Assembly (NCBI GenBank): GCA_964638425.1
Contig: CAZWYM010000002.1
Coordinates: 2,547 to 66,546, forward strand
Length of the DNA stretch: 64,000 bases
Source: an uncultured Candidatus Saccharibacteria bacterium
GTDB lineage: Bacteria; Patescibacteriota; Minisyncoccia; Phycocordibacterales; UBA918
Direction of reading: 5' to 3'
Shown here: positions 27,533 to 37,137 of the stretch, one piece after another
Layout: each line of letters starts with the position of its first letter
How positions within the stretch are numbered: position 1 is the first letter of the stretch
Notes under the pieces: model-generated
The model's database searches: none
What the model was told of the DNA's origin: nothing
What the model saw: only the letters and a program-made list of their open reading frames with translations
Made by a program: the position numbers and the translations under genes

Positions 27533-28159
27533 CTACACCATGAGGTGGTAAACCGTGAGCACCGCGGTAGAGAACGGTTGCCAAAGGATCTGCATAAAGA
27601 GGAATACGCAGAGGAAAAGCCCTAAAAACCCGAGGTTTTCCATGTATGTAGTAAACGCTCGATATTTATACTGAAGCCCCGTAGGGAGGAACGGAACAAT
27701 TATTTTTGAACCATCGAGGGGCGGGAATGGAATACTATTGAAAAGAGCCAAGAGAATATTGATAAATACAATATAGCTCGTCATTTCAACAAAAGATGCT
27801 GAAAGTCCGAGAACAGGGGCAAGTTTGATAATACCTGCAAAAATAAAGGCGAGGAGCAGATTGGCAAGAGGGCCTGCTGCAGCAACGATAGACTCCCCCC
27901 ATTTTGCATTCTGCAAATTGTACGGATTGTACGGAACTGGTTTAGCCCAACCGAATAGAAAATGCGCGCCAGTGAGGAAAAGTACTGCAGGAATAATCAC
28001 TGAACCAAGCGGGTCGAGGTGAATGAGTGGATTTGGGCTCAACCTTCCCGCCAATCGAGCAGTTGGGTCACCAAGCCAATTCGCAGCATACCCATGAGAC
28101 ACTTCATGCAACACAATTGAGAGAATGAGTATGATTATCGTAATGATGTCGGGAAGCAT
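27533..28159 (-). CDS. site-2 protease family (peptidase M50) membrane metalloprotease
   Basis: LHEVSHG (HExxH) and NSIPFPPLDGSK (LDG) motifs. Multiple TM helices. Confidence 0.7.
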   Translation of the reverse strand: MLPDIITIIILILSIVLHEVSHGYAANWLGDPTARLAGRLSPNPLIHLDPLGSVIIPAVLFLTGAHFLFGWAKPVPYNPYNLQNAKWGESIVAAAGPLANLLLAFIFAGIIKLAPVLGLSASFVEMTSYIVFINILLALFNSIPFPPLDGSKIIVPFLPTGLQYKYRAFTTYMENLGFLGLFLCVFLFMQILWQPFSTAVLTVYHLMV

Positions 28160-28176
28160 ATATTTTTAAAAAAAGA

Positions 28177-28371
28177 CTATTTATATTGAAAGAACAACAC
28201 AGTTGTAACAATGATGATACGAATAAACTCAATAGTAACTAGGGAGATGAACGTATACCCAATAAACGCGCTCAATCTCTTATAAAATCGGTCTGAAACG
28301 AGCCACCCCTTATATCCATATACGTCAGTATGAGATACATATTCTTTGATTCTACTGATGAGCTTTTGCAT
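28177..28371 (-). CDS. small hydrophobic protein (64 aa)
   Basis: ORF 18 nt upstream of the M50 gene. Weak call. Confidence 0.3.
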   Translation of the reverse strand: MQKLISRIKEYVSHTDVYGYKGWLVSDRFYKRLSAFIGYTFISLVTIEFIRIIIVTTVLFFQYK

Positions 28372-28503
28372 ATTTTTAGATATTTTTGATAACAGGAAAC
28401 CCTATTTACTTATATTCTACACGGATGCGAGGAAAAGCCAAAAACAAAACGTGGGTGGTGCTTCTTGCATATTAAGCTGGGTATGGTACGATAGCGCCCA
28501 CAT

Positions 28504-28746
28504 ATGGCACGAATCTGCGAAATAACAGGAAAGACATCTCAAGTCGGCGGACGGTACTCAAACCGTACTCGAGCAACACAATTTAACCCTTGTGGTAAAG
28601 TTCGACGCCAGCCAAATCTCCAAAAGAAGCGAATCTTTGTACCTGAAATTGGAAAAACTGTACTCGTTAATGTTTCAACAAAGGCACTTCGAACAATTGC
28701 AAAGAATGGTGCATTTGAAACACTCAAGAAAGCGGGTCTTATTTAA
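28504..28746 (+). CDS. rpmB: 50S ribosomal protein L28
   Basis: 80 aa; MARICEITGKTSQVGGRYSNRTRATQFNPCGK... Confidence 0.85.
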   Translation: MARICEITGKTSQVGGRYSNRTRATQFNPCGKVRRQPNLQKKRIFVPEIGKTVLVNVSTKALRTIAKNGAFETLKKAGLI

Positions 28747-29602
28747 ACCACACACGTACCCCATCTGATACTGAAAAAATACTGCCGTTATCGGCGGTAT
28801 TTTTTTGTACTATGTTTAACTGAGTGAAAAGATCGGTTACTTCTTTGTGAGGATGTCCGTATGTATTATCTTTCCCTACTGAAAAAATCCCATACATGGG
28901 CGCAACCGCACGCACAAATATTTCTGAAGAAGATGTCCGTGAACCGTGATGCCCTGCCTTAAGCACATCACTCTTGAGCGATGTGCTACTCACTTGCACG
29001 AGATATTCTTCAATACTCTGTGGTGAATCACCGGTAAATAGAAACTCGCTCTCTCCATACACGAGCTGACCAACGATAGATGAGGTATTACTCTCGAGTC
29101 CTCGAGGATCATGATCAGGAAATAAAATGTGAAATGTAGTACTGCCATTTGCACCTCTACCAAAATCAAAAACCTGCCCTCTCCGTGCATACACAATCTG
29201 TGCATGCTCATTGGTTACCTGTGACACAAACGCATCGAATGCAGGTGTGGCTCCAATATTTTCAGTCATGAGTATCGTGTGTACCCGGTAGCGTCTGAGG
29301 ACTTCAATGAGTCCACCAATATGATCGAGATCAGGGTGCGTTGCTACGACCATATCGATATCGCGGTCGAAAAAGCCCATCGACTGTTGGAGTCCTCGAA
29401 GCACCTGATTACTCTTACCTCCATCGATGAGTACTTGTGTTCCCGAAGGCGATTCAATAAAAATTGAGTCCCCCTGCCCTACATCAAAAAAAGTAACCTG
29501 AAGTAGCCCATCGGTTTCTTGCCCACGGAGAACGAGAGCCACTATCAAAACAATACCGAGAGTAACGAGTGCGAAAATACTCAGAATTTTCAGGCTCCGC
29601 AT
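28739..29602 (-). CDS. metallo-beta-lactamase-fold protein with an N-terminal TM helix, ComEC C-terminal-domain-like
   Basis: HPDLDHIGG (HxHxDH) motif. Lies downstream of the ComEC membrane-domain ORF on the same strand, separated from it by the SOD-like gene. Confidence 0.65.
   Translation of the reverse strand: MRSLKILSIFALVTLGIVLIVALVLRGQETDGLLQVTFFDVGQGDSIFIESPSGTQVLIDGGKSNQVLRGLQQSMGFFDRDIDMVVATHPDLDHIGGLIEVLRRYRVHTILMTENIGATPAFDAFVSQVTNEHAQIVYARRGQVFDFGRGANGSTTFHILFPDHDPRGLESNTSSIVGQLVYGESEFLFTGDSPQSIEEYLVQVSSTSLKSDVLKAGHHGSRTSSSEIFVRAVAPMYGIFSVGKDNTYGHPHKEVTDLFTQLNIVQKNTADNGSIFSVSDGVRVWFK
28774..28806. terminator. hairpin aaaaaatactgccg-ttat-cggcggtattttttt
   Basis: Perfect stem plus T tract after rpmB. 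Also 3' of the minus-strand MBL gene. Confidence 0.65.
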
Positions 29603-29693
29603 ACCCCTATTGTATCCTAATTTATTGATCGTGTGCGGTTGAGAAAACGAGTGGTATACTGTACTTTCATTTACTCATGATTTCATACATTTT

Positions 29694-30290
29694 ATGCACA
29701 CATACACTCCAAAAGCATTTACTCTCCCGGAACTTCCAGGGCTATCAGAAAAACAAATTAAAGCTCACTTAGGGCTTTATGAGGGTTATGTAAAACACGT
29801 TAATCTCCTTCGTGAACAAATCGCTGAATTAACAACTCTCGACAAAGAAAAATACGCATACGCGATAATGGAAACTCGACGACGACTCGGATTTGAGTTT
29901 AATGGTATGCGTATGCACGAGTACTACTTTACCCAACTAGAAGGTGGCGCGACTGCACTTAACGCTGAATCAGCATTTGGAAAATCGGTGAGCGAAAAGT
30001 ATGGTTCTGTAGAAAACTTCATTTCCCACTTCACACAAGTCGGAATGAGTCGAGGAATTGGATGGTCAGTACTCTACGCAGACCCGAGCGAGAACACTAT
30101 TCATACTGCATGGGTAGCTGATCATGAATTAGGACAGCTTGGAGGGTTACCTATCATCCTTGCAATGGATATGTGGGAGCATGCATTTATGGTTGATTAC
30201 CTTCCTGCAGAGAAGAAAAATTACATTGAAGCATTCTTGAAGAATCTTAACTGGAGTGTCGTTGAAAAAAGATTTGACACCACCGCATAA
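29694..30290 (+). CDS. Fe/Mn superoxide-dismutase-family protein with a divergent N-terminus
   Basis: C-terminal DMWEHAFMVDY and MHEYYF metal-ligand regions, 198 aa. The N-terminal HHxKHH motif is replaced by KAHLGLYEGYV. Confidence 0.6.
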   Translation: MHTYTPKAFTLPELPGLSEKQIKAHLGLYEGYVKHVNLLREQIAELTTLDKEKYAYAIMETRRRLGFEFNGMRMHEYYFTQLEGGATALNAESAFGKSVSEKYGSVENFISHFTQVGMSRGIGWSVLYADPSENTIHTAWVADHELGQLGGLPIILAMDMWEHAFMVDYLPAEKKNYIEAFLKNLNWSVVEKRFDTTA

Positions 30291-31916
30291 TTAACGAAAT
30301 GGAAGTGGGCCACGAATCCCCTCTGAAGTGCTTTGCACTTCAGAGGGGATTTCGGTACCTACTTCTTTTTCAGTAACAATCACCCAGTCATCATAGCCAT
30401 CAGCTACTTGAGTACCGGTGAGTCTTTTTTGAGTCTGCGACTTGAAGATACAAAACAACCCTACCGCAATCCCTGCATACAGACACAAGACAATCCAAAA
30501 TGGAAATGCATCTATCTGAAACGATGCAAACGGAAGCCTGCCAAAAAATTCAGCCACGGTAATGATGTATCCGAGTGTGAGGTATGCGACATACCCAACT
30601 CCCATTCCAAGGAATCCGGAAAATATGCCAACAACACCGGTGAGAAAAGTAAAAAACATAGCGATAGGAACCATCGGAAGAACGAGCACATTCACGAGCA
30701 CTGAAACGATAGAAAGTGTCCCCATTTGGAAAAGGAGGAGTGGTAAAACGAATATCTGTGTTGCGAGGGTTGCGGTAACAAATCCTCGTACTCCCAAAAA
30801 AGACGGGATGCGGGTGAGCTTTGATTCAAGAAAAGGAGAAAGCAAGATGAGTCCAAGCGTTGCGAGGAATGAGAGTTGGAAACCAGGATCGTGTACGAGG
30901 AGATATGGATTAAGCAGTAACATCCCGACTCCTGTAATCATAAGTGCACGGAGCACTGCATACACCCTTCCCGAGCTTCTCGCGACGATAAGCAACCCCG
31001 CCATAACGGAAGCACGTACAACCGTTGCAGACAAACCAACAAGTATCGCAAAGAGAATGATAATACCAATCCCCATTATCATGCGTACTTTGGGAACAAA
31101 TAAAAATGAGAGGGCGAACATTACCCCTTCAACAACGAGCATAATGTTGTACCCAGAGAGAACAACAATATGAATAATTCCTGTCTCCCGAAAAACATCT
31201 TCAAGGTCTTTACCAATTGCTCGCTTCACTCCGAGGAGTACTCCCTCACCCAAACCTGCTTGTGGCTCAGGAATTATTTCCTCAATCTCTTTTTCAAAAT
31301 AATCCTTTCCTTTAAATACATACCCAAGGAGCGTTCCTTGTTCTTCCTCAGTAATAGATATTTTTGCATATGAAACAACGTACTCCACACCGCGCGCCTT
31401 TAGAAAGCCAGGGTAATCAAAAACCCGACCCGTATCTGTGTCGAATGCTTTCGGGGGTTCAATGCTCCCCGTTACCGAAATGGTGTCGCCATACGAAACG
31501 TCCGTGGAGTACAGACTGAACCGATCAACGGAAACGAGGATGCGTTCTGATTCGTCACCACCTATATCAATTGGGTCAACATAGAGGTGAGCGGTTGTCT
31601 CTCGCACTTCTGGTTCACTCACAACGACTGCTTGGAAGGTATGTTGCTCTCCTGCATATTCTTGAAATGTCGATGGGGACATTTCACTCACCTGTAGCCG
31701 AAGCATGCCGAGTGCGCACGTGAGAGACATTACTCCCACAACAAAGAGAATCGATTGTGACCTAGGGGTACTCCCCCGCACCTGCCATGCAATGAAGCAC
31801 GCAAGCCCAATGACAGCGAGCGCGAGTATTTCGGGGAAGTTGATATTAAAAAATGAGCGGAAGAAAATACCGCTCGCAACGCCAACCCCGCCAATATAAA
31901 AAAGTATTCCCTGCAT
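30291..31916 (-). CDS. comEC: ComEC/Rec2 N-terminal part (DUF4131 plus competence channel domain), no MBL domain
   Basis: Polytopic membrane protein with a ComEC-like core. Start placed at the ATG 31914-31916; the track ORF begins at an upstream ttg. Confidence 0.7.
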   Translation of the reverse strand: MQGILFYIGGVGVASGIFFRSFFNINFPEILALAVIGLACFIAWQVRGSTPRSQSILFVVGVMSLTCALGMLRLQVSEMSPSTFQEYAGEQHTFQAVVVSEPEVRETTAHLYVDPIDIGGDESERILVSVDRFSLYSTDVSYGDTISVTGSIEPPKAFDTDTGRVFDYPGFLKARGVEYVVSYAKISITEEEQGTLLGYVFKGKDYFEKEIEEIIPEPQAGLGEGVLLGVKRAIGKDLEDVFRETGIIHIVVLSGYNIMLVVEGVMFALSFLFVPKVRMIMGIGIIILFAILVGLSATVVRASVMAGLLIVARSSGRVYAVLRALMITGVGMLLLNPYLLVHDPGFQLSFLATLGLILLSPFLESKLTRIPSFLGVRGFVTATLATQIFVLPLLLFQMGTLSIVSVLVNVLVLPMVPIAMFFTFLTGVVGIFSGFLGMGVGYVAYLTLGYIITVAEFFGRLPFASFQIDAFPFWIVLCLYAGIAVGLFCIFKSQTQKRLTGTQVADGYDDWVIVTEKEVGTEIPSEVQSTSEGIRGPLPFR

Positions 31917-31917
31917 A

Positions 31918-32610
31918 CTACTTTCGCCACTCAGCAATCAGTGCCGTTTCTTCTTCCTTTGAAAAAACTTTCTTATATTTTGATTTTTCACCTTTCACAC
32001 GAGCTTCGCATTCCGCCCATGTCGCATGCGATGCGACAACGCCAGACACGAGTGATACATATGCGTACGCCTTCCCCTTTTTAGACGAAGACGAAGAAAC
32101 CGCACGTGCCTTAGGCATACCTTTAAGGAACTCTGTGTACTCCATCTCGTTCCCCTGAAAGAGGGTTACCTTTTCCTTTCCCGCAAAGCCATTTGCAATC
32201 ATATCTACCCGCTCATTAAGAGCGATTCCTTGATGTGCGCGTACGTGCTCCCATGTTGTCGTATGCTTTTTTGAAACACGAAGGAGCTCTTCCCAGAGAT
32301 CTTTATTAAGAACCTCTTTCTTCTGCGTTGTCTGCCACCCATTTCGTTCCCACCCAAATACCCAGCCAGTGATGCCACGAATAACATATTGAGAATCTGT
32401 CTTTATCGTCACCTTTGATTTTTGGGAAAGCGCATCGAGTCCGCGAATCGCTGCAGTAAGTTCCATACGATTATTTGTGGTGTGCGTAGCAGAGTCACCA
32501 AGCTCGGTAACTATGCCATTCTTACCCTGCTCAAGAATAACCGTCCCCCACCCTCCAGGACCTGGGTTTCCGATTGCACTTCCATCACAATAGACTATTA
32601 CCTCGTTCAT
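31918..32610 (-). CDS. rnhA: ribonuclease HI with a C-terminal hybrid-binding (Cauli_VI-like) domain
   Basis: N-terminal VIVYCDGSAIGNPGPGGWGTV ... TDSQYVI ... VRAHQGIALNERVDMIAN is the RNase H fold. The C-terminal YAYVSLVSGVVASHATWAECEARVKGEKSKYKKVFSKEEE resembles an HBD. Confidence 0.75.
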   Translation of the reverse strand: MNEVIVYCDGSAIGNPGPGGWGTVILEQGKNGIVTELGDSATHTTNNRMELTAAIRGLDALSQKSKVTIKTDSQYVIRGITGWVFGWERNGWQTTQKKEVLNKDLWEELLRVSKKHTTTWEHVRAHQGIALNERVDMIANGFAGKEKVTLFQGNEMEYTEFLKGMPKARAVSSSSSKKGKAYAYVSLVSGVVASHATWAECEARVKGEKSKYKKVFSKEEETALIAEWRK

Positions 32611-32750
32611 TTACCTGAGTATACCACTCAAAGAAATTTGTATCAGCTGGTTAGACACGACAAATTGTGTTGCGTTTTTTAAAAAAAGTAGCATACTCGA
32701 ATATGGTTCCTCCGTGTGGGGGTGTTTTTTAAAAAGAGAGGAGATGTACC

Positions 32751-33296
32751 ATGAGTAACGAACCGTTATTACGTCGATTGGGGGTTGCAAAAACAAATGA
32801 CGCAAGGTGGCGCATATTTTTCGCAACAACGAATGTTTGCATCCAGGATAGAGTGTTGTACTGCATCCTCCAAAACAGTCAAGACAACGTGGAAAGATGG
32901 AGGGTATTTGATAACACATTCCATAAAGATTTGCAGGAGAAAGCCTTGATTGCAATTCTTATTGATGCAACATTTAGGGGTGACCTGAAACAAATGTGGC
33001 TAGTACATGAATGTGCATCACCTCCAGAACTAAAGGCACTTGCGCAAGCATACATCTATTTACTGGAACATCTTCCCGGTAACACAACTGATGAAAGCAT
33101 CAAATCTGAAAGTGCCCAAGAAAATGTGTTCACAAACGAAAATGTATTACATCGCGAAGCGAAATTTGCAAAAGTACTGAGTGATCCTACTGCATCTCCA
33201 AGTTCCTTATATGAAGTATTTTTTTACACGGTAAGCGATTCAAGAAAAAGGCAAGCATTTCTAAGAGCGCTCAAACAAAAGCCGGTAACAATGTAG
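32751..33296 (+). CDS. hypothetical protein (181 aa)
   Basis: SD gagaggag before the ATG at 32751. A terminator follows. Confidence 0.4.
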   Translation: MSNEPLLRRLGVAKTNDARWRIFFATTNVCIQDRVLYCILQNSQDNVERWRVFDNTFHKDLQEKALIAILIDATFRGDLKQMWLVHECASPPELKALAQAYIYLLEHLPGNTTDESIKSESAQENVFTNENVLHREAKFAKVLSDPTASPSSLYEVFFYTVSDSRKRQAFLRALKQKPVTM

Positions 33297-33303
33297 CTTC
33301 GAT

Positions 33304-33337
33304 CTCTCAACCGCATCACTCTGTGATGCGGTTTTTT
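33304..33337 (+). terminator. hairpin ccgcatcac-tctg-tgatgcgg plus T7; 34/34 identical to 34029-34062
   Basis: Exact repeat seen directly in the sequence. Confidence 0.7.
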
Positions 33338-33414
33338 ATTGACTTGAAAAAGCGCATATGGTTTCATTCAGAAAGCACTCATTCTTGTTCATCGAAAATT
33401 TAAGGAGAACTACC

Positions 33415-34020
33415 ATGCAGAGGAGTATTTTTGTGTTACTTATCTTGTACGCCCTATTACCTCGACTCACCTTAGCAGAGGACTTGTCTCAACCATGCAA
33501 CACTTTTAACCCAGAGGCACAAACTTTCACCCCGTGCATTCCTGGAAATGAAATTGATGTTCGTAATGTATCTCAAGAGCTTCGCGAGCAAGGAATCACT
33601 CCCGACTCAGAAATTTTTGCTTCTGTATTAAAAGGACATGAGTATGTTATTACAAATTTGCAAATGCAGTTATCTCTCAGTTACACACCGGAAACAGGCT
33701 TCCACACGACCGTTAAAACACCGCGAGCACTCGAATTGATTCACGATTATTTCTTTCTTATATTAAATAGTTTTGCAGTAATTTCAGGGCTTATCACAAC
33801 GAGTCGGTGGTGGATACGTCCATTCTCTCTTGGACTCAGTATCTTAGTACCAATTTTTGGAGTCATCCAATTTATACGCGGGTACTCACTGTATTGGTTC
33901 CCTGTTGTTCCAATCGCTCTTGTCTCAATTTGTCTTGAATTTATTGTGTACCTTATATCCAGAGAGAAAAGGCCGGAAATCATAAGTCTAGTATCAAAAA
34001 TCAGACTGATAAAATGGTAA
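33415..34020 (+). CDS. membrane protein with signal peptide and C-terminal TM helices (201 aa)
   Basis: SD taaggagaac before the ATG at 33415. Flanked by the identical hairpins. Confidence 0.45.
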   Translation: MQRSIFVLLILYALLPRLTLAEDLSQPCNTFNPEAQTFTPCIPGNEIDVRNVSQELREQGITPDSEIFASVLKGHEYVITNLQMQLSLSYTPETGFHTTVKTPRALELIHDYFFLILNSFAVISGLITTSRWWIRPFSLGLSILVPIFGVIQFIRGYSLYWFPVVPIALVSICLEFIVYLISREKRPEIISLVSKIRLIKW

Positions 34021-34028
34021 ATATTCTT

Positions 34029-34062
34029 CTCTCAACCGCATCACTCTGTGATGCGGTTTTTT
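34029..34062 (+). terminator. second identical copy of the ccgcatcactctgtgatgcggttttttt hairpin
   Basis: Exact repeat. Confidence 0.7.
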
Positions 34063-34077
34063 TAAATGATATCGACT

Positions 34078-34250
34078 AGCGTCAGGTTTGTAATTCGCTA
34101 CGCTCATATTCCGACTTACAGTCGCAGTACACCTTTCGCAGAAATTGCTCAAGGTCTTGCGAAGCTCAAAGTATTCGCTTCTCACCTCCCCGGTCTCATT
34201 CATTTCGCCATTATGAATAGGCGAAATATCATTCCGACTCATAGTCGATA
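34078..34250 (-). repeat. R1 structured-repeat copy F (longer variant, sense on the minus strand, 3' of recJ)
   Basis: cgtcaggtttgtaattcgctacgctcat ... ctcacctccccggtctc-[atttcgcc attatgaatag ggcgaaat]-atcattccgactcat. Confidence 0.65.
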
Positions 34251-34276
34251 TCATTTAAAAAATAAAACAATTCATT

Positions 34277-35998
34277 TTAAATGACATCGACTATGCGTAA
34301 TCTTGTCTCAAGTCTTCCCATAAAAAATGAACGCTCAATATGTGCAAGGAGGGTAACTGATTTCCCCGCCTCGGGGAGAACAGCAAAATCAGTCGGCAGT
34401 TTAAAAAAACAAATAGCATCAAACCGTTTGTTCTTTGTAATGATTTTAAGTTTTGTGTGATTTTTTGTTTTCCCAAAAATCGAAACATCTTGCGGAATCA
34501 CATCTTGTATTTCAAAAAGTGGCTTTGGGTTCCCAATACCAAATGGAGCGAGCGAATCGAGTGTTCGGAGAAGTCCGTCATCAACATCGTCCATGGTAAT
34601 TCGCGCGTCTATTGGTTGTCCCTGACTCGGAACAAACGCATCAGTCTTGAGTGATTCGTAAGCGGTAATGAGTGCTTCTGAAAGTGTGTGTATCCCCTCA
34701 TGACTCACCGAGAAACCTCCCGACGCGTGATGCCCCCCGAATGTGAGAAATGAGTCTGGGGTTGCCTCCATGAGTTCAACAATACTAATAGTCCCTTCAC
34801 TACGACAGGAACCTTTGATGATTCCTTTACCGTCGCGACCCCAGAGAAACGCGGGGCGATTAAATTCTTCCGCAAGAGAGTTCGCAACGAGTCCAACGAG
34901 TGACGGACGCCATTCTGGATTTCCCATGACAATGACGTGAGGGAGTTCTTCAAGAGCGCTCATCCGTTTCTTTGCCTCTTTAACCATACTTGCTACAACC
35001 CCCTTTCTTTCATTGTTAAGTTTTTCGAGATGGAGAACATGTCCTCCAGCCTCAACTTCGTCACGTGTGCGTAACATATGAAAAGCGTTCTCAGGAGTAT
35101 CCATGCGTGACGCTGCATTAATGCGTGGGGCGATGGTAAAACCGATATCATCTTCAGTGAGATGCCTCTGGCTACCACCCGCCTTTCGTAAAAGATGTTG
35201 CAACCCAGGTCGCCCAGACTTCCGCAACACCGACAAACCAAAACGAGCGAGGACCCGATTCTCGTTGGTGAGAGGAACCATATCGGCGACTGTTGCAAGG
35301 GCAACGAGGTCGAGCCACCACTTCTCCATACCATCCTTCAGTGTAATCTGCCCGCTTATTTTCCCTTTTTCAAGAATTGCCTGAACGAGCTTAAACGCAA
35401 CAGTTGTTCCACAAATACCATTAAACGGGTACGCATCATCTCGTTTTGGGTTGATGACAGCAAAGGCGGGAGGGAGCGTTTCACTCGGTTCGTGGTGATC
35501 GGTAACAATAACATCAATACCTAGTGCATTTGCAGCAGAAACAGCATCGTGGTCAGTAATCCCACAATCAACCGTAATAATGAGTGATGCGTTTCGCTCC
35601 TTAAACTGTGGAACGGAATCTGCATTAAATCCGTACCCTTCTTCATGTCGATGGGGAATATAATTTTCAAAATTTAGATACCCGATTGCAGTAAAGAAGT
35701 CATGGAGAAGTACTCCTCCAGGAATTCCATCACAATCATAATCGGTATAAATGACGATATGCTCGTCATTAAGAAACGCTCTCAAGATTCTTTCGGTCGC
35801 CTTCTCCATATCGGTAAGGAGAAAGGGGCTATGCAAATCTGTCTCATAGTTCGGAGCCATGAAAGCGCGCGCTCGTACTCCGTCGGTGATTCCTCTATTA
35901 AAGAGAAGTTGCTGTGTGAGTGGTGTGTACTCAGTAAGTTCTTGCGCAACAGACTCCGGGAGTGTTGGCGAGAGAGTGTATGTCCGCGATGTCGCCAT
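34277..35998 (-). CDS. recJ: single-stranded-DNA-specific exonuclease RecJ (DHH/DHHA1)
   Basis: 573 aa; DYDCDGI, DHH-type motifs and a C-terminal OB-like region. Confidence 0.8.
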   Translation of the reverse strand: MATSRTYTLSPTLPESVAQELTEYTPLTQQLLFNRGITDGVRARAFMAPNYETDLHSPFLLTDMEKATERILRAFLNDEHIVIYTDYDCDGIPGGVLLHDFFTAIGYLNFENYIPHRHEEGYGFNADSVPQFKERNASLIITVDCGITDHDAVSAANALGIDVIVTDHHEPSETLPPAFAVINPKRDDAYPFNGICGTTVAFKLVQAILEKGKISGQITLKDGMEKWWLDLVALATVADMVPLTNENRVLARFGLSVLRKSGRPGLQHLLRKAGGSQRHLTEDDIGFTIAPRINAASRMDTPENAFHMLRTRDEVEAGGHVLHLEKLNNERKGVVASMVKEAKKRMSALEELPHVIVMGNPEWRPSLVGLVANSLAEEFNRPAFLWGRDGKGIIKGSCRSEGTISIVELMEATPDSFLTFGGHHASGGFSVSHEGIHTLSEALITAYESLKTDAFVPSQGQPIDARITMDDVDDGLLRTLDSLAPFGIGNPKPLFEIQDVIPQDVSIFGKTKNHTKLKIITKNKRFDAICFFKLPTDFAVLPEAGKSVTLLAHIERSFFMGRLETRLRIVDVI

Positions 35999-36047
35999 AG
36001 TAAGCTCATTTTAGCACAGACGCCTCCGTCGCGGGAACTATGATAAA

Positions 36048-36467
36048 ATGACCGCTATGAATGATATTTTTGAAAAAATAATCACAGGGGAAATACCTGC
36101 GGATATTGTGTATGAGGACGATATTGTTATCGCCTTCCTAGATATTAGGCCAGTACGAAAGGGCCATACGCTCATTGTTCCTAAAGTGAAGTGTGAAAAT
36201 ATATTTGATGCGGAGCCTGAAGTGCTTGCACACATGATAACTACTGCACAAAAAATTGCCCGAACCCTCCCCAAAACTGTTGGCGCAAAGGGAGTAAACA
36301 TCCTCATGAATAACGGGCACGAAGCAGAGCAAGAAGTACCCCATGCTCACATGCACGTCATCCCCCGATTTGTAAAAGGAGAAGCGTTTGTTCCACCACA
36401 GCACGAAACGTATTCTGGTGAGGAGAGTTCGACACTCCGCGAAAAAATAAAATCAGCACTTGCGTAA
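36048..36467 (+). CDS. HIT-family (histidine triad) protein
   Basis: HAHMHVIPR histidine triad. Confidence 0.8.
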   Translation: MTAMNDIFEKIITGEIPADIVYEDDIVIAFLDIRPVRKGHTLIVPKVKCENIFDAEPEVLAHMITTAQKIARTLPKTVGAKGVNILMNNGHEAEQEVPHAHMHVIPRFVKGEAFVPPQHETYSGEESSTLREKIKSALA

Positions 36468-36480
36468 CAAGTGCTGATTT
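36442..36480. terminator. hairpin aaaatcagcacttg-cgtaa-caagtgctgatttt overlapping the HIT stop (bidirectional with NUDIX)
   Basis: Perfect 14-bp stem. Confidence 0.55.
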
Positions 36481-36486
36481 TATTTT

Positions 36487-36960
36487 TTAATTGGCAGTAG
36501 CGGGGGTATTCCAATCCATTTTCTCAATACTTACCCCATCATCGTTAAACCAAACTTTTCCAAATATTTTTTCTCCTTGAAGCGCTCTTGGTAGCCAGTG
36601 CGGGTCGTCCGCCCACATTTTTTCGTACGGAATATCTGTGTACGGAAACCATGCAGGTTTCATTTCTTCTGTCTCAACAGGATCTCCTTCCCATACCTTA
36701 ATGAAATAGGTGTGGACGATAAGGTGCTTACCGTCTTTAAAGATGAACTCCACAATTCCAACTTTTTCTAAGTCACACTCCTGAACCATGACCCCAGACT
36801 CCTCAGCGATTTCACGCACCATTCCAACTTCAACACTCTCATTTTCCTCAAGCTTACCTCCAAATCCATTCCAGTTTCCTTCTCCAAATCCACGCTTCTT
36901 CATAGCGAGACAAATTTCCTTTTCTTTAAGCAAAAATCCTAACGTAAGCACTTTTTTCAT
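36487..36960 (-). CDS. NUDIX hydrolase
   Basis: Perfect Nudix box G-KLEEN-E-SVEVGMV-RE-I-AEE-SGV. Confidence 0.75.
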   Translation of the reverse strand: MKKVLTLGFLLKEKEICLAMKKRGFGEGNWNGFGGKLEENESVEVGMVREIAEESGVMVQECDLEKVGIVEFIFKDGKHLIVHTYFIKVWEGDPVETEEMKPAWFPYTDIPYEKMWADDPHWLPRALQGEKIFGKVWFNDDGVSIEKMDWNTPATAN

Positions 36961-37137
36961 AATTGTATTTCCATATTTATAAAATAATGGATTTGAGGGC
37001 AGTTCGAGGTGAGAAGCGAATACTTGAAGCTTCGCAAGACCTTGAGCGAATTCTGCGAAAGGTGTACAGCTTCTGTAAGAAGAGAGCTCACTCGCGTCTC
37101 TTTAACTTCAAAGCAACAAAGAAATGCTTTACATGCA

